Assembly: GCF_001194135.2 (NCBI RefSeq)
Contig: NC_068992.1
Span: 18,533,155-18,584,911 of the forward strand
DNA from: Octopus bimaculoides
Lineage: Eukaryota
Reading direction: 5' to 3'
DNA: 51,757 nt
Made by a program: the position numbers and the translations under genes. Positions 10,905-24,619 of this stretch are shown here, in pieces. The notes beneath the pieces are model-generated. The model was not told where the DNA came from and ran no database searches. It was given only the letters and a program-made list of their open reading frames with translations. Each line of letters begins with the position of its first letter. Position 1 is the stretch's first letter.

Positions 10905-13900
10905 TTGAAAAAAATCTTTACAAAATAGTAGCTTTTCAAAAGACAATAAATGTATACCAAAATTATATCGGTTCTATAGATTTCCTCGTAAAATCTATAC
11001 GCTGAGACTTTATTTAAAATAATTGAAACTGTGTGCTACGGATCAATATCAGAATACAATTTTCGATTGCAGTACGTATTACAAGGCGAAGAGATACTAG
11101 TGAAACAATGAGCGATTGCTTCAATAAACGTCGAATATAAGCGATGAGTCATAAATTATTTGAAGTTTAACTAACGAAATGATTCTTAGTGGATAACCAT
11201 AATAGGTTTACGTGGCAACCAATATTCAGTCGATTGACGGATTGAATTCAATTATATTTTTTCTCGATAATTTTATAATAAACTGGCATTACGAAATATG
11301 GTTTTCTTTATAAAATTTTGTAACAAAAATACACGTATACTGATATAACAGGAAATATTCATATAAATGCATGTATACATATGCATCTATATATGCATCT
11401 ATATACATTCGGGCGGCTAATTGCAACAACAGTGATATTTTCAATCATTGCTTTCCTATGTTAGTGGTGAAGGATGTTTGTTTTTAGTATTAAGTCGTCA
11501 GTTACCGACAAAAATCGACGAAGTCGTAGTGCGCATCTACAATCCTCATTGCCACAACTCTTCCTGCTATGTTGAATTGATGCTGTTTGGCAGCTACTGC
11601 TTATAGTATTGCAGTTTCTGTCATTGTTAGTATTTTAGACGCATGGTAGCATCAGTGCTCCTACCGTTTTGTTGATGGTTTCGGCTGTGGATGTGTTATA
11701 AGCAAACATGGGGTTCTTCATTCTCTCCTCTTTCGCTACAGACCAAAATCCTTCAGATGGTCTGTGTCAACTCTCGTGACATCTTCTATTTCGGCCAGGT
11801 ACATTTGCAAGCTATTTTTCATAATTATATTCTTCAGAATGGATTCCATACTTTTATAATCCATTTGAAACAATAAATCCGTCTCTTGGATCAATCAAAT
11901 ATGTTTCGGCAGAAAATTAGCTATTAGCTGCAGAATATATNNNNNNNNNNNNNNNNNNNNNNATATATATATATATATACATATATGTATATACATATTC
12001 TTAGAAGCATAGGGCCAGTATGGATTGACAAAAGACTACAGTTTGTCACTATGTAGGGTTGTTATGGTATGCTTTCTGGTCTCATTGTCTGCGACGTATT
12101 TTCCCATCCTGCAATCGATGAACGTTTTTCTGATCCAGATGCTTCTAAGATACTTTTCTACTTGTATATTCTGCTCTATTAATATGACGTTTTGTTTGTA
12201 AACAATGTCTATGAGGTTTGTTTTTTGCCGGGTGGTTTCCGGTGTTTAAAGTTAAGTTTCGTCCAGAAGTAGTAAGGAAGATTTTTTTTCTTTTAAATTA
12301 TAGGACGATAGAATAATTTCTTCCAATGGTGAATTCGCAAGTCGAAGCCTCTTGATATATTTTTGTATAGGTGAACGCGACGGAAATTAAATTTGCCGTT
12401 GTGCTAAAATGACAATTTAATTTGTTTTCTAATATTCATTTTTGTCTTTGTTTTCTCGCTTTCGTTGCTATGGTTGCTGTCGTTTTCATGTTTTTCTTAT
12501 TGGTTTTGTTATTTTGGTCAGTAATGGTGGCGGCAACGGTGGTGATTGTGGTATGTCATTGTTATATCTAAAGGGAAGGAAAAGTGAAAACAGCTCTTCC
12601 AATTTCTAATCTCACACCTCTAACTTTTACGTGGAAAATTCGATGCTATGCTTGTTTGGCTTTCTCTACATTTCAACCTCTGAAGGGTACTAACTTTCTC
12701 GACTTGCCTACTCGCTCATGTCCTTCGTGTGAACATATACATGCAGGAGTTCAGAATGAACATGATTCATATCGAACTAACGTATCTCAAAGATTCTGCA
12801 AAGTCTATATACAAAACAGAAGCTGACGTAAAGGTGTTCATGTAACCGTTTGTAAATAAGCAGTTACAAACAGACAATTCTCGTCATTTTTCGGAGCGAA
12901 AGCGTCACATAAGCTTAGCTCTACGTACGGCAAATTGCACTGGATTGAACATGGTTACAGAACACCAATCTATCATAAATGTAATCGGAATGGTTAGGCT
13001 AACCAATTATTTTATGGAAGAATATCAGTAAGATTTTACACGTGAGAAACATGCTTAAAGTGCAATAGCACAGAAATAGTTCTACATGCACAAAAGTTCT
13101 AAGTATGGTGCTTCCAGGAACATTAATATCGACATATAAAAACGCACATGCGACATTATTCTACAAGGAAAATTGGGAAATTTACATATTAGTAGCTGAC
13201 GGATAAATAATTGTTGTGAAATATGGTATTGCTTGAGATGCCCAAATCAGTGTTACAATGTGCTATATATAGAAACCAATACAAAACAATGGTGCGTACA
13301 AGAATAGAGATAAGATTCTTTTGCTCAGAATGAAAGAGAACACGAATACAACTAAACTGAATTAATAGAATAGTTTATTCCTTTTGAGTAGCTCCAATAT
13401 TGCCAGCGTCATGTGTCCTGAAATGGACACTGACAAGTAGAATGTATTGTCGATCTTGCTTATATTAAATTTATAGAACTAATGGTGCTCTACTCAAATA
13501 TAGCTCATCGAAATTGAAGGCGAGAAGTATAAAGTTTCACTTATAATAACATAGAACTGATAATATATCTAGGTTAACGGAACTTCTAGCTTAACATCTC
13601 TTGGAAAGTATTCCAAATCTGTGAAACATAAACATCCACAATGCTCACTGTAAACCAATTTAGAAAGAGATTTTCAAACTGATCTGACAGAAAATTCTCT
13701 TTGTGCAAGAAAATAGCATAAAACTGAAGCAACTCGTGTTAGCAATGGAAACTACGTTCATTAAATATCTCCCATAAAGAAAAGCCATAATTCTCAAATT
13801 TTCCACAAAATATCATCATCACCGTAAAACGATGTAACGCATATCACGGATAAAATCATGAGATAAGATAAAAGTACTCCTACGAGAAGAGTAAAAAAAT

Positions 13901-14365
13901 AATAAATGGAAACTGTTAAATATCTACGACAGCCCTAAGTTTTACTACCGATTGTCAATGTCATTATATATTACAGGATAGAGCCATTGCTTCAAGAAAA
14001 TTACTCACTTAATACCTGTATCAAATACACTGTGGTTATATACCAATATATGGGTTATGCATAAGACTGTATGCGGAGTTATATCCCTTTCGATGTTCAT
14101 GTCCGTCAGTAAAATTGCAGGTACTTACCTCAATGTGCTATTCTACTCATAATTTTCTTTACATTTTTCAATAAAGATTTCTGCCTCAAATAATTTTGAT
14201 AGACAGAAATAAATGATCCTTAATAAGTCCCACTGAATGTGAAGCTATTTACTTCTATCGTGATTTCGAACTACTCGCTGTGCCTAATTTCATACCAAGA
14301 CTAAATTGCTGAAAATAATACGTTGGTGTTATCAAGCAACCTATTGTAACAAATTAAACTTTCTT

Positions 14366-14492
<127 letters not shown>

Positions 14493-14764
14493 ATGTAAGT
14501 ATTGCTGAACACATTAAAGTAACGAGTCCTCATTGCATAAAGTTACATGGCTGCAGAACACGTCTACATAATCACATGTAAGGAACCAATATGAACCGAA
14601 ATTAAATAAGTTTCTAAATAGGTGGAAATATCTAAGATATCACTGAGCGTCGGTTTCTAGAATTCCGAAATCGGAGAAGGAAGTACCCCAACATAACAAG
14701 GAGCGATCCATGTCTGTCTTTATTTCTGACTGTCTGTCTGTCTGTCTGCATGTATGTGTGTGTG

Positions 14765-15130
14765 TTTGTAAGTATGGATGTATGTATGTTTGTGTGTCAT
14801 TGTTTAGTTTTATTTCAATATTTCTCGCCAATAGAGAAAGAGCTGGTTTCTAAGCTAGATTCAAGGCTCTTTCATTGGTATTTCAGCATTAACAACAGGG
14901 TATTTTGTACGTATGTATGTATATGTGCAGATTTTTATGCTTTGCTTTATGTATGTATACTCATGCATATAGTTGCATCTCTAGACATACTCATATATAG
15001 TTAAGTGATGAACTTCTCGAAAGTTTTACAGATTTTTAGTTCCAGTGATGGATTAGATCTGTAGACTTCGGATTATCTTTCTCCTTTCTGGTTTTGAAAG
15101 GCCTAATTTCTTAACATTGGTATTTATGCA
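14765..15130 (+). mobile_element. Unclassified dispersed repeat embedded in (ATGT)n, copy 1
   Basis: Colinear with the reverse complement of 28385-28800 (AGAGAAAGA.C.GGTTTCTAA.CTAGAT.CAAGG..CTTTCATTGG; CCAGTGATGGATT.GATCT.TAG.CTTCG). Confidence 0.85.
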
Positions 15131-15154
15131 GTGTATTACATGTATGTATGTATG

Positions 15155-15189
<35 letters not shown>

Positions 15190-15284
15190 GTGTGTTTGTA
15201 TGTATGTTTTGTGTGTTTGTGTATGTATGTATGATAGTGTCTCCATATCTAAGTCTCATTGTGTTGTTGTGTGTGTAGCTTTGG

Positions 15285-15445
15285 TGTGTCGACGCCCCCA
15301 GGCGAAGAAGTAGTATCTCCCAAGACAAAAAAATAGAGGTAGTCTGGCCGTGGTAGGTGTGTTGAGTAGCAGTCGAGTAGCAATTGTGTACCGGCTGAGT
15401 AGAGATCATCCGAAGGTGCTAGATAGCAGTAGCTTGAGACATAAC
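15285..15445 (+). mobile_element. Unclassified dispersed repeat with internal 11-bp tandem units, copy 1
   Basis: Aligns almost without gaps to 34092-34250 (TGTGTCGACGCCCCC..GAAGAAGTAG..GAGTAGAGATCATCCGA.GGTGCTAGATAGCAGTAGCT). Confidence 0.85.
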
Positions 15446-16134
15446 AAGTTTGAACTAACATGAACTCCAGTATTATGTCACTGATAGTTGAGAATCGTGA
15501 CACAGAAAATATATTGATTTATTTCTATTACGTAGAATTCTATTACGTAAAATTGCACCATGAATTGTAATCTGACGTGTTTGTGATATAGTACGATTAA
15601 TACTACAGTTAAAAATAGTATTAAATGTTATTAATTATATCATAGTTATCTGTAACTTGCTAAGAATGAATAGGACATGCAATGGCGTTTTCAATAACGG
15701 TGTTATTTAAACATTGTCCTAGGATCTGCCCAGTTTAATCAAACCAGGGACTATATCATTGCAAAGCGAACACTCCAGTTGCAAATCTATAAAAGTACAC
15801 ATATCAGAAAGTGGATTTTAACAAATGGCATGAGTCATTATGTTCTGTTCTCTATTAGTTCACTAACTGAAATAATCAACCGCCTGGTTCCAGCATCATG
15901 AAACACTATGGTATGTATATTCTGTTAGGGTAGCGCAAACGATTCACATGTAAATTCGGTAATGTCCCTTTTTGCCCTGAAAATATTTCACTCAGAATCT
16001 TAAAAAAGACAAAATTATTTTATCATATATATTTTGTAATTTGTATTAAGCGTAAATGGAAACGATTATACGCAATGCTAATTAATCAAGAATTAATTTT
16101 TATCCATTATATCCGTCCATTTACTTACTTAATA

Positions 16135-16182
<48 letters not shown>

Positions 16183-16885
16183 NNNNNNNNNNNNNNNNNN
16201 NNNNNNNNNNNNNNNNNNNNNNNNNNNNNNNNNNNNNNNNNNNNNNNNNNNNNNNNNNNNNNNNNNNNNNNNNNNNNNNNNNNNNNNNNNNNNNNNNNNN
16301 NNNNNNNNNNNNNNNNNNNNNNNNNNNNNNNNNNNNNNNNNNNNNNNNNNNNNNNNNNNNNNNNNNNNNNNNNNNNNNNNNNNNNNNNNNNNNNNNNNNN
16401 NNNNNNNNNNNNNNNNNNNNNNNNNNNNNNNNNNNNNNNNNNNNNNNNNNNNNNNNNNNNNNNNNNNNNNNNNNNNNNNNNNNNNNNNNNNNNNNNNNNN
16501 NNNNNNNNNNNNNNNNNNNNNNNNNNNNNNNNNNNNNNNNNNNNNNNNNNNNNNNNNNNNNNNNNNNNNNNNNNNNNNNNNNNNNNNNNNNNNNNNNNNN
16601 NNNNNNNNNNNNNNNNNNNNNNNNNNNNNNNNNNNNNNNNNNNNNNNNNNNNNNNNNNNNNNNNNNNNNNNNNNNNNNNNNNNNNNNNNNNNNNNNNNNN
16701 NNNNNNNNNNNNNNNNNNNNNNNNNNNNNNNNNNNNNNNNNNNNNNNNNNNNNNNNNNNNNNNNNNNNNNNNNNNNNNNNNNNNNNNNNNTATATATATA
16801 TATATATGTATATAGACTTATGTATGCTTATGTATATATATATACATTCATATATATGGGTGTGCGTGTGTGTGTAAGTATATGA

Positions 16886-16925
<40 letters not shown>

Positions 16926-17022
16926 GTATACATATACATATATACATATATACATATATACATACATACATACATACTTCGATACATACATACATTCATA
17001 CATACATACATACATATGTACC

Positions 17023-17081
<59 letters not shown>

Positions 17082-17157
17082 GCATATATGTGTACTTGTA
17101 TAAATTAAAATATTGATATATTAATATACATGCAACATATGTTGTAATAGTAACTAT

Positions 17158-17212
<55 letters not shown>

Positions 17213-17405
17213 NNNNNNNNNNNNNNNNNNNNNNNNNNNNNNNNNNNNNNNNNNNNNNNNNNNNNNNNNNNNNNNNNNNNNNNNNNNNNNNNNNNNNNNN
17301 NNNNNNNNNNNNNNNNNNNNNNNNNNNNNNNNTCTCTCTCTCGCTCTCCTCTCTCTCTCGCTCTCCTCTCTCTTCCTCTCTTGCTCTCCACACTGTGTGT
17401 GTGTT

Positions 17406-17442
<37 letters not shown>

Positions 17443-17689
17443 GTCTGTTTGCGCATTCAAGAATGAAGATGACACGCGATCCGATATACATAGCAATTCG
17501 TATAGACATTCCTGATAACAATGAGGGCTCGTGCGGAGGAAAAAGTGACAGTAAACTCATATGTTGCTATTTACACGTTTCATGCCTATATGTGTGTATA
17601 TTTGTATATGATGTGTCTGTTTGTATGTGTTTGTATGTATTTATATGTCCGTCTGTCTTTATATATAGTTACACATCTGTATGTATCCC

Positions 17690-17753
<64 letters not shown>

Positions 17754-17950
17754 ATTATCTATCTATCTATCTATCTATATGCTCACTCACACACACACAT
17801 ACACACATACACACGCACCAGACAACACACACGTGCACACACCACGTGCACGCATATGTGTGTATAAAGACATATTTAGATAAATTTCATATGTATACGC
17901 ATACATACAGATGCTCATGTATGTATATACATTCATAGATACACATGTGC

Positions 17951-18021
<71 letters not shown>

Positions 18022-18107
18022 GATGTCTGTATACATATATATGCATATATGAAATCGATATTATTGCTTGGAAGAAATGTTCCTATGATGATATATTCTT
18101 TCATTAT

Positions 18108-18300
18108 TTTACTTGTTTAAATCATATGATTGTGGCCATACTGGAGCACCGCCTTTAGTCGAACAAATCCACCTCAGGACTTATTCTTTGGAAGTCTAGA
18201 ACATATTCTATAGGTCTATTTCGCCGAATCGTGAAGTTACAGGGACTTAAATACAGCAGCATCAGTTGTCAAGCGAATGTGGGGATGACGAATAAGGACT

Positions 18301-18398
<98 letters not shown>

Positions 18399-18550
18399 CA
18401 TATATATATAACAGGCTTCTTTCAGTTTCCGTCTACCAGATTTACTCACAAGGCGTTGGTAGGCTGGAGGTTATAGTAGAAGATAGTTGCCCAAAGTGCC
18501 ACACAGTGGGACTGAACCCGGACCCATGTGGTTGGGAAGCAAACTTCTTA
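18108..18550 (-). mobile_element. SINE family A
   Basis: CTGGAGCACCGCCTTTAGTCGAAC, an internal (AC)n, then TTTCAGTTTCCGTCTACC..GGGACTGAACCCGG. Confidence 0.9.
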
Positions 18551-18611
18551 TAACGTAAAATATAGAGCGTCTGTAAATTGTAAACGATCAGTAGTTCAGC
18601 AACAGTATTAA

Positions 18612-18811
18612 CTTCAAATTTTGGTACAAAGCTACCAAATTCGGGTTGGGGGTGAGGATCGATTATATCGATCCTAGTACCTCACTGTTTCTTATTTCAT
18701 TCCCACCGAAAGGATAAAATGTAAAGTCGACCTCGGTGGAATTTCCACTGAGAATGTAAAGACGGAGAAAATGCCACGTGCATTTTGCGTACGCCTGCCA
18801 GCTCGATGCCT
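18612..18811 (-). mobile_element. SINE family B
   Basis: CGAAAGGAT..AAAGTCGACCTCGGTGGAATTT..CTGCCAGCTC, the reverse complement of the family B head and core. Confidence 0.85.
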
Positions 18812-19271
18812 TGAAAATTCCTGTGCCACTTCATGGAAACTTAAACTCACGTATACACTTTCAAGATGCGAGGTGTCTCCCCCAAGGCCTAGATATTGGT
18901 GTCTAATTTTGCGAGTTTCTATGACGTATATATTTGGAAAACCATCAAATTTGCTTACTCTTTTAACTTACAAGATTTAAAACGCAATTTTAAATATTAC
19001 TGAAAGTAGAAAATAATTTATTCTTTCCTTGCTTTACAATCAAATTTGCTTATATTAGTAAAATATTAGAAATTATTAAATTTAAATTGAGCTGTTAGTT
19101 TTTATAGCATTTGAATTCATTTCACATTTTGTAAAAGTTAGTCTGATTCCTACAGCGTAATATTTGAATATTTTAGAAGTATAAACAAATTTAAACGTGG
19201 TACAATGCTAGACTCATTTATTTTCTATCTTCCATTATATATGAAAACGTTTAGTAAGTAATCCATGGTAT

Positions 19272-19480
19272 ATTTCACTTGTTTCAGTCGTTTATACTGC
19301 GGTCATGCTGGGGCACCGCCTTCAGGAATTCTGGTCCACCGATTCGGCCCAAGTACGTGTTTTTCTCTCTAAGTCTGGTATTTAGTCTATCTCTCTCATT
19401 TACGAAACCGCTAACTTACCCGGAGATAAACACACCAACACACGTTGTCAGGTGGTGTTGTGGACAAACACAAACCCAAA

Positions 19481-19527
<47 letters not shown>

Positions 19528-19644
19528 GATAGATTTCTTTCAGCTTCCGTCTAACCAAATCCACTCACAAGACTTTTGTCGTCCCAAGGCCCAAGTTGCC
19601 ATGTGGTTTGGAAGCAAATTTCTTACCAGCCATACCTGTGCCTA
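19272..19644 (-). mobile_element. SINE family A, with a deletion in the head
   Basis: CTTGTTTCAGTC..GCACCGCCTT..(AC)n..CAAATCCACTCACAAG..CATACCTGTGCCTA. Confidence 0.88.
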
Positions 19645-19699
19645 TGAATTTCAAAATAAGGAATTTTAACAATGGGCAGTGAACCAATATATATGTTTT

Positions 19700-21280
19700 C
19701 TATATACGAGAACAATTTCAACATTCCAGACACTGATGGCCCGGACCTCTTTTAATCCCGACAGATGTACTAGCAGGAAGTCAAATTCCTGAGATTGCCT
19801 CTTGGAAGATGATACAGAATAGAACCTTCCCTTGGAATAGGCTTCTGCATCGTTACAGTCTGATAACTTACGACAGAAGTCATACACTATGAGGCAGAGT
19901 AAGAAAAATAGTCAGAACCATCTACAACCAAGCACTTTTTCTCACTGAATATACTGAAATTCTTTAACTGGGTAAACTCTTGAATAGTGTGAACTGACAG
20001 GCTCTGATAAAAACAGAGCCTCAACTGTCGGTCGAGCAAATGTACAGAAATCTGGTTAAAGCATTTAACATTATGACGTGTATATCAAGCAAAAGGAAAA
20101 GCTATTGGTTTCAAAGTTATATAAGATTTCCCTTCATACATCTGATGATACCGCAAAAATGTCTTGTGATCAAAATAATTTTAATAAAAACTCGTTCACT
20201 CAAGCAAACAATAATTGTTGTGGCGTCATGTATAAATGCTTCTGCTTTGTTCATAAATGAAAAGATTGTACACTTCTTAAGCTGTCGATCTTTCACACAT
20301 TGACAGTCATGTGTGTAATACTGCTAAAGCATTTAACGGTTAGAAGTTCTGAAGCCAACAAAGCTAAACTCATGGGATGAGTGCATAATGTCTCACAGAA
20401 TTGTATCTGAGGTGCCTCTTCGTATTTTACGAATCTTCCTAACAGGGCAATCTCTGACAGTTTTTGCAAAGAGCATTTGTGAACATGCTTGGAAATATCC
20501 TATATTTAGAGCCAAGAGAACAAAAGGGCATCGTCTTTTATCTACACCCTTCTTTTATCGTGTATATCATGATAAAACACAATAGTTTTTATGATAGGAA
20601 GGCGAATAACAAAGCAATTATCTAGTGTACGGTGAATATATATTACACAAATGGCAATAATTTGCTGCATATAATGTTTTCAGTTTCGAAGACAACGCCC
20701 TTTTTGCGCAACTCTGTAAGATTCTCTTATAAATATTCATATGTGAAAATATGGGCCTTTGTAAAATTTAAGTCTCTTAGAATATCTAACGGACGCATTC
20801 TTTGGTTTTCCGTAACTCAAAAGAAAGTAGAAAGAAGATTATTAATGACTTTTCTTACGAAAATTTGGATTCTTAAACATGGCCTTAAATGTCAACTAGA
20901 TTATTCTAGCTACATGCGGAGATCAAAAATCAAAGAGATATAACTGCTTCAGCACCATAGTAACGTCACAATGAAAATCTCCAAGGCTATGATCCATTTT
21001 ATGTTTAACTACTGATTTTGTGTATTGTGTAAATGTAAACACATTAACACTGAAGATCTCGGAAACTTGTCTTTCAAATGAAACAACATGAGTGATGATG
21101 CAATATTAAAGGCAAGTCTTTGTTATAGACAATCATAATTCTTCACTCCGGTGTTAAATATTCAGTGGCTATTATACGTACAAAGTTTACTTGGGAAATT
21201 TCTCAAAATATTGAGAAGTTCCACTTCCCTAATGTTTTAAAAAATAATTGCCTAAGCTTCGTAAGCTTTGTATTAAGTAG
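19700..21280 (+). mobile_element. Highly decayed CR1/Jockey-type LINE ORF2 relic (endonuclease end, linker, start and end of RT)
   Basis: Starts with NIPDTDGPDLF. A single frame over 19755-20585 then gives VRKIVRTIYNQA..SVEQMYRNLVKAF..SYWF..LEVLKPTKLNSWDE. Later come VFSFEDNAL (like xFADD), KIWAFVKF and KISKAMIHFMFNY (like LYKxxIRPxLEY). Many stops and frameshifts. Confidence 0.6.
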
Positions 21281-21587
21281 AAAACATTATGAAAGCAGAA
21301 GAATGCCAACAATGACTGAATACGAAGGAAATGCGCAACATTTAAGGAGTGCATAAAATGCTTGTAATAATTCCTGTAATAATCGTATATGCTTGTACAA
21401 GTATATATATATATGTATAACTTCATAAATACAAAGACATAAATCTATATATACATAACTACACGACTTAAACGGCGTTAACAAGAATACTTATGGAAAT
21501 TCCGAGTAGCTCCCGAGTTAGTTATCAACATGAGGCGTAAGCGATTACCTATCTAGCAAAACGCACACATACACACACATATATAAT

Positions 21588-22065
21588 GACACTGGCAGTG
21601 GTACGCCGTCGCTTGCGACGTCGAGTGTTCAAGTTGTTCCGATCAACGAAGCAGCTTGTTTGTGAAACTAACGTGCAAGTGGCTGAGCACTCCACTGACA
21701 CGCGTACTCTTATCATAGTCCTTGGGGAGATTCTGTGTGATAGAATGCGACAAGGCGGCGAGCTGACAGAATCGTTAGCACGCTGGGCGAAATGCTTAGC
21801 AGTATTTCGTCTGCCGCTACGTTCTGAGTTCAAATTCCGCCGAGGTCGACTTTGCCTTTCATCCTTTCGGGGTCGATTAAATAAGTACCAGTTACGCACT
21901 GGGGTCGATATAATTGACTTAATCCGTTTGTCTGTCCTTGTTTGTCCCCTCTGTGTGTAGCCCCTTGTGGGGAGTAAAGAAATAAGAATGCGACAAGGCT
22001 GGCCCTTTTAATTACAGATACATCTCGTTTTTGCCGGACGAGTGAACTGGAACAACGTGAAATAG
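21588..22065 (-). mobile_element. SINE family C, split by a family B insertion
   Basis: CGCCGTCGCTTGCGACG..GTGCAAGTGGCTGAGCACTCCAC..AGAATGCGACAAGGC resumes after 21999 as TGGCCCTTT..GAGTGAACTGGAACAACGTGAAATA. Confidence 0.8.
21754..21984 (+). mobile_element. SINE family B, full length, young, with 15-bp TSD
   Basis: Head GGCGGCGAGCTGACAGAATCG, B-box-like GAGTTCAAATTCC and core CCTTTCATCCTTTCGGGGTCGAT. AGAATGCGACAAGGC occurs at 21742-21756 and at 21985-21999. Confidence 0.95.
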
Positions 22066-22428
22066 AGGGTCTTGCTTCGGCAAGTGTATCCTACTATAGT
22101 TTCAGGCCTATCAAGGCCTTGAGAGTGGATTTGGTAGAGGGAAACCGAAAGAAGCCGGTGCTATATATGTATATGTGTGTGTGTTAGTGTGTGCGTGTGT
22201 GTGTATTTATGTGAGTTTGTGCCTTTGTGTTTGTCGCCCCGACCATCGCTTGACAAATGGTGTTGTTGTGTTTACATCCCCGTAACCTAGCAGTTTGGCG
22301 ATACAATAAATACTAGGCTTATAAAGAATAGGTCCCGGGTTCGACTTGTTCGTCTAAAAAACCCTTTAAGGCGGTGCTCCAGCATGGCTGCAGTCAAATG
22401 AATGAAACAAAGAAAAGAATAAAAGAAT
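22066..22428 (+). mobile_element. SINE family A, 5'-truncated
   Basis: GTGGATTTGGTAG..GAAAGAAGCC..(TG)n..GGCGGTGCTCCAGCATGG..GAAACAAAGAAAAGAATAAAAGA. Confidence 0.9.
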
Positions 22429-22461
22429 GTGTGTATGTATAAGAGTGTGCACGTATGTGTA

Positions 22462-22631
22462 TATTCTTTTAGTTGTTTCAGTCAGTTGAGTACACCCATG
22501 CTGGAGCACCGCCGTTAATGAAAAAATCGACGCCAGGGTTTATTCTTTGTTAGCCTAGTACTTATTCTTTCGGTCTCTTTTACGGAAACGGACGTAAACG
22601 CACCAACATTGGTTGTCAAGCAGGGTAAACG

Positions 22632-22688
<57 letters not shown>

Positions 22689-22851
22689 CACGAGCTTATT
22701 TCAGTTTCCGTTTACTAAATCCACTTACAAGTCTTTGGTCGGTCCGAGGCTATAGTAGAAGACATTTGCAAAACGTGCCACACAGTGGGACTGAACCCAG
22801 GACCGTGTGATTGGGAAGTAAACTACTTACCACACAGCCATTCCTGCGCCT
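22462..22851 (-). mobile_element. SINE family A, full length
   Basis: CATGCTGGAGCACCGCC..(AC)/(AT)..GGGACTGAACCCAGG..ACCACACAGCCATTCCTGCGCCT. Confidence 0.92.
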
Positions 22852-23340
22852 AAAAAGAGTTTGGCCTCGATGTGGTTTTGTTCAATTTTCACGCACTCAT
22901 AGAATACTTATTCTTAGTGATCAGATTTTATACCTTAGACGCTGTTATTTTCTCCGCTTCATCAGCGCAATCTCGTATTCTACTCGAAAATTTCCTTATA
23001 CAAAAATTTATTATTACTGCGCAGATATTTTGGCGAGTGAAAACACCAAAAGACGAGTAGCGATGAAAGGAAGTTCCATCTTCAAATATATCCTATGTAT
23101 TAGCTTATTTTTATGACTCGTTTGCAAATTCAAATGTATACGTGTTTACATATGTGTGCAAGTATTATGTATATACTGACATTTATGTATAATATTATAC
23201 TCACATACATATGCATACGTGTGTGTATATACACATATGTATATTTGCGTATAGATATAAGGATATATCGGTTGATATATGTATGCCAATATATATATAT
23301 ATTGTGCTTACACTTATCAAGTATTACCTCTAAAATTTGC

Positions 23341-23380
<40 letters not shown>

Positions 23381-24522
23381 GGTGTGTGTATGTGTGTGTG
23401 TGTGCGTGTATGTGGGTATGTGTGTGTGTGTGTATGTGCGTGTATGCGTGATTTTATATATATATGTGTGTTTGTATATGTATGTATATGCATATACATA
23501 TATATATATAAACACACATACATACGCATAGACACACACTCTCTCTCACACGTACACGAACACAGGCATATATTCATATGTGTGTGTGTCTGCTTTCATG
23601 TGTGTGTATTTACGTTCTAGCTTGCCTATCTATGTCTTTAAAATTTTATATTCACTTTTTCACTGCTTTCGTCTGGAAATTACCATCAGGTAAAGACATC
23701 GAGACAGAACAAGAGGAACGGACTTCTACAAGTGGAAAATTAGGAAACGAATGAGGATAAGGAGCAAACGGACTTGGAATTTGCTAATTACTTTGGTTCT
23801 CTTTTCATCATGCAACTATGTGGTTCGTATAATTTATTGCTACTTTTGAAAGCAGCTTTAGAAAAGCTATAAATCTTTATATTTGATGACATACTGAATT
23901 TAAATATCTCTTCACCTCAGTACTCTTAAATCTTTCCTCAGTCAAATACAAGGAATTGTAAGAGCATTAGTATTGTGTTATATTTTCTTATATCTTTGTC
24001 GTGTATTAATTCATGATTAATGTGAATCGGACGCATATATGCATATAACACAAACACATACCAGCACTAAATCATTTCCACACGAACACGAACACTTATA
24101 GACACAAACACACGCATACACTCTCACATACTCACACACTCAGGAATACACACACGCTCACAAACACAGACACACACGCACGCATATGTGATTCTGCGTG
24201 TGTGGTGACAAATTGAGAAGTCTATGGATTTCATAACATTATGGTAAAACTTCCATAATGCATCGATTCACCATTTGTAATATTGTAGTTATATATAAAT
24301 TAAAATATATCATTTTATATTCTCAGTAATCCAGTGGGTTTATCGGAACAACATTTCAAAGGTGATGACACCTACACACATCATCGATTGATATCCATCT
24401 CTCAATCACTCCCTCAGCTGCCCTCTAAATCTCTAAATCTGAGTGTGTGTGTGTGTGTGTGTGTCTCTCTTTCTTTCTTTGTTTCTTTGTTTCTTTCTTT
24501 CTCTCTCGCTCTCTGTCCCTCT

Positions 24523-24619
<97 letters not shown>

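Noticed and set aside
11440-12350. Moderately long stop-free stretches on the minus strand, possibly a LINE endonuclease relic
   Set aside because: No diagnostic motif could be aligned convincingly by eye. It needs an HMM search.
14129-14308. Minus-strand 180-nt segment with a strong acceptor (TATTATTTTCAG) and perfect donor (GAG|GTAAGT)
   Set aside because: All three frames contain stops, so it is not a coding exon. A non-coding or UTR exon cannot be excluded without RNA data.
23690-23755. Possible terminal exon GKDIETEQEERTSTSGKLGNE* after CATCAG
   Set aside because: Weak polypyrimidine tract, no homology recognised and no linked exons. Compatible with chance.
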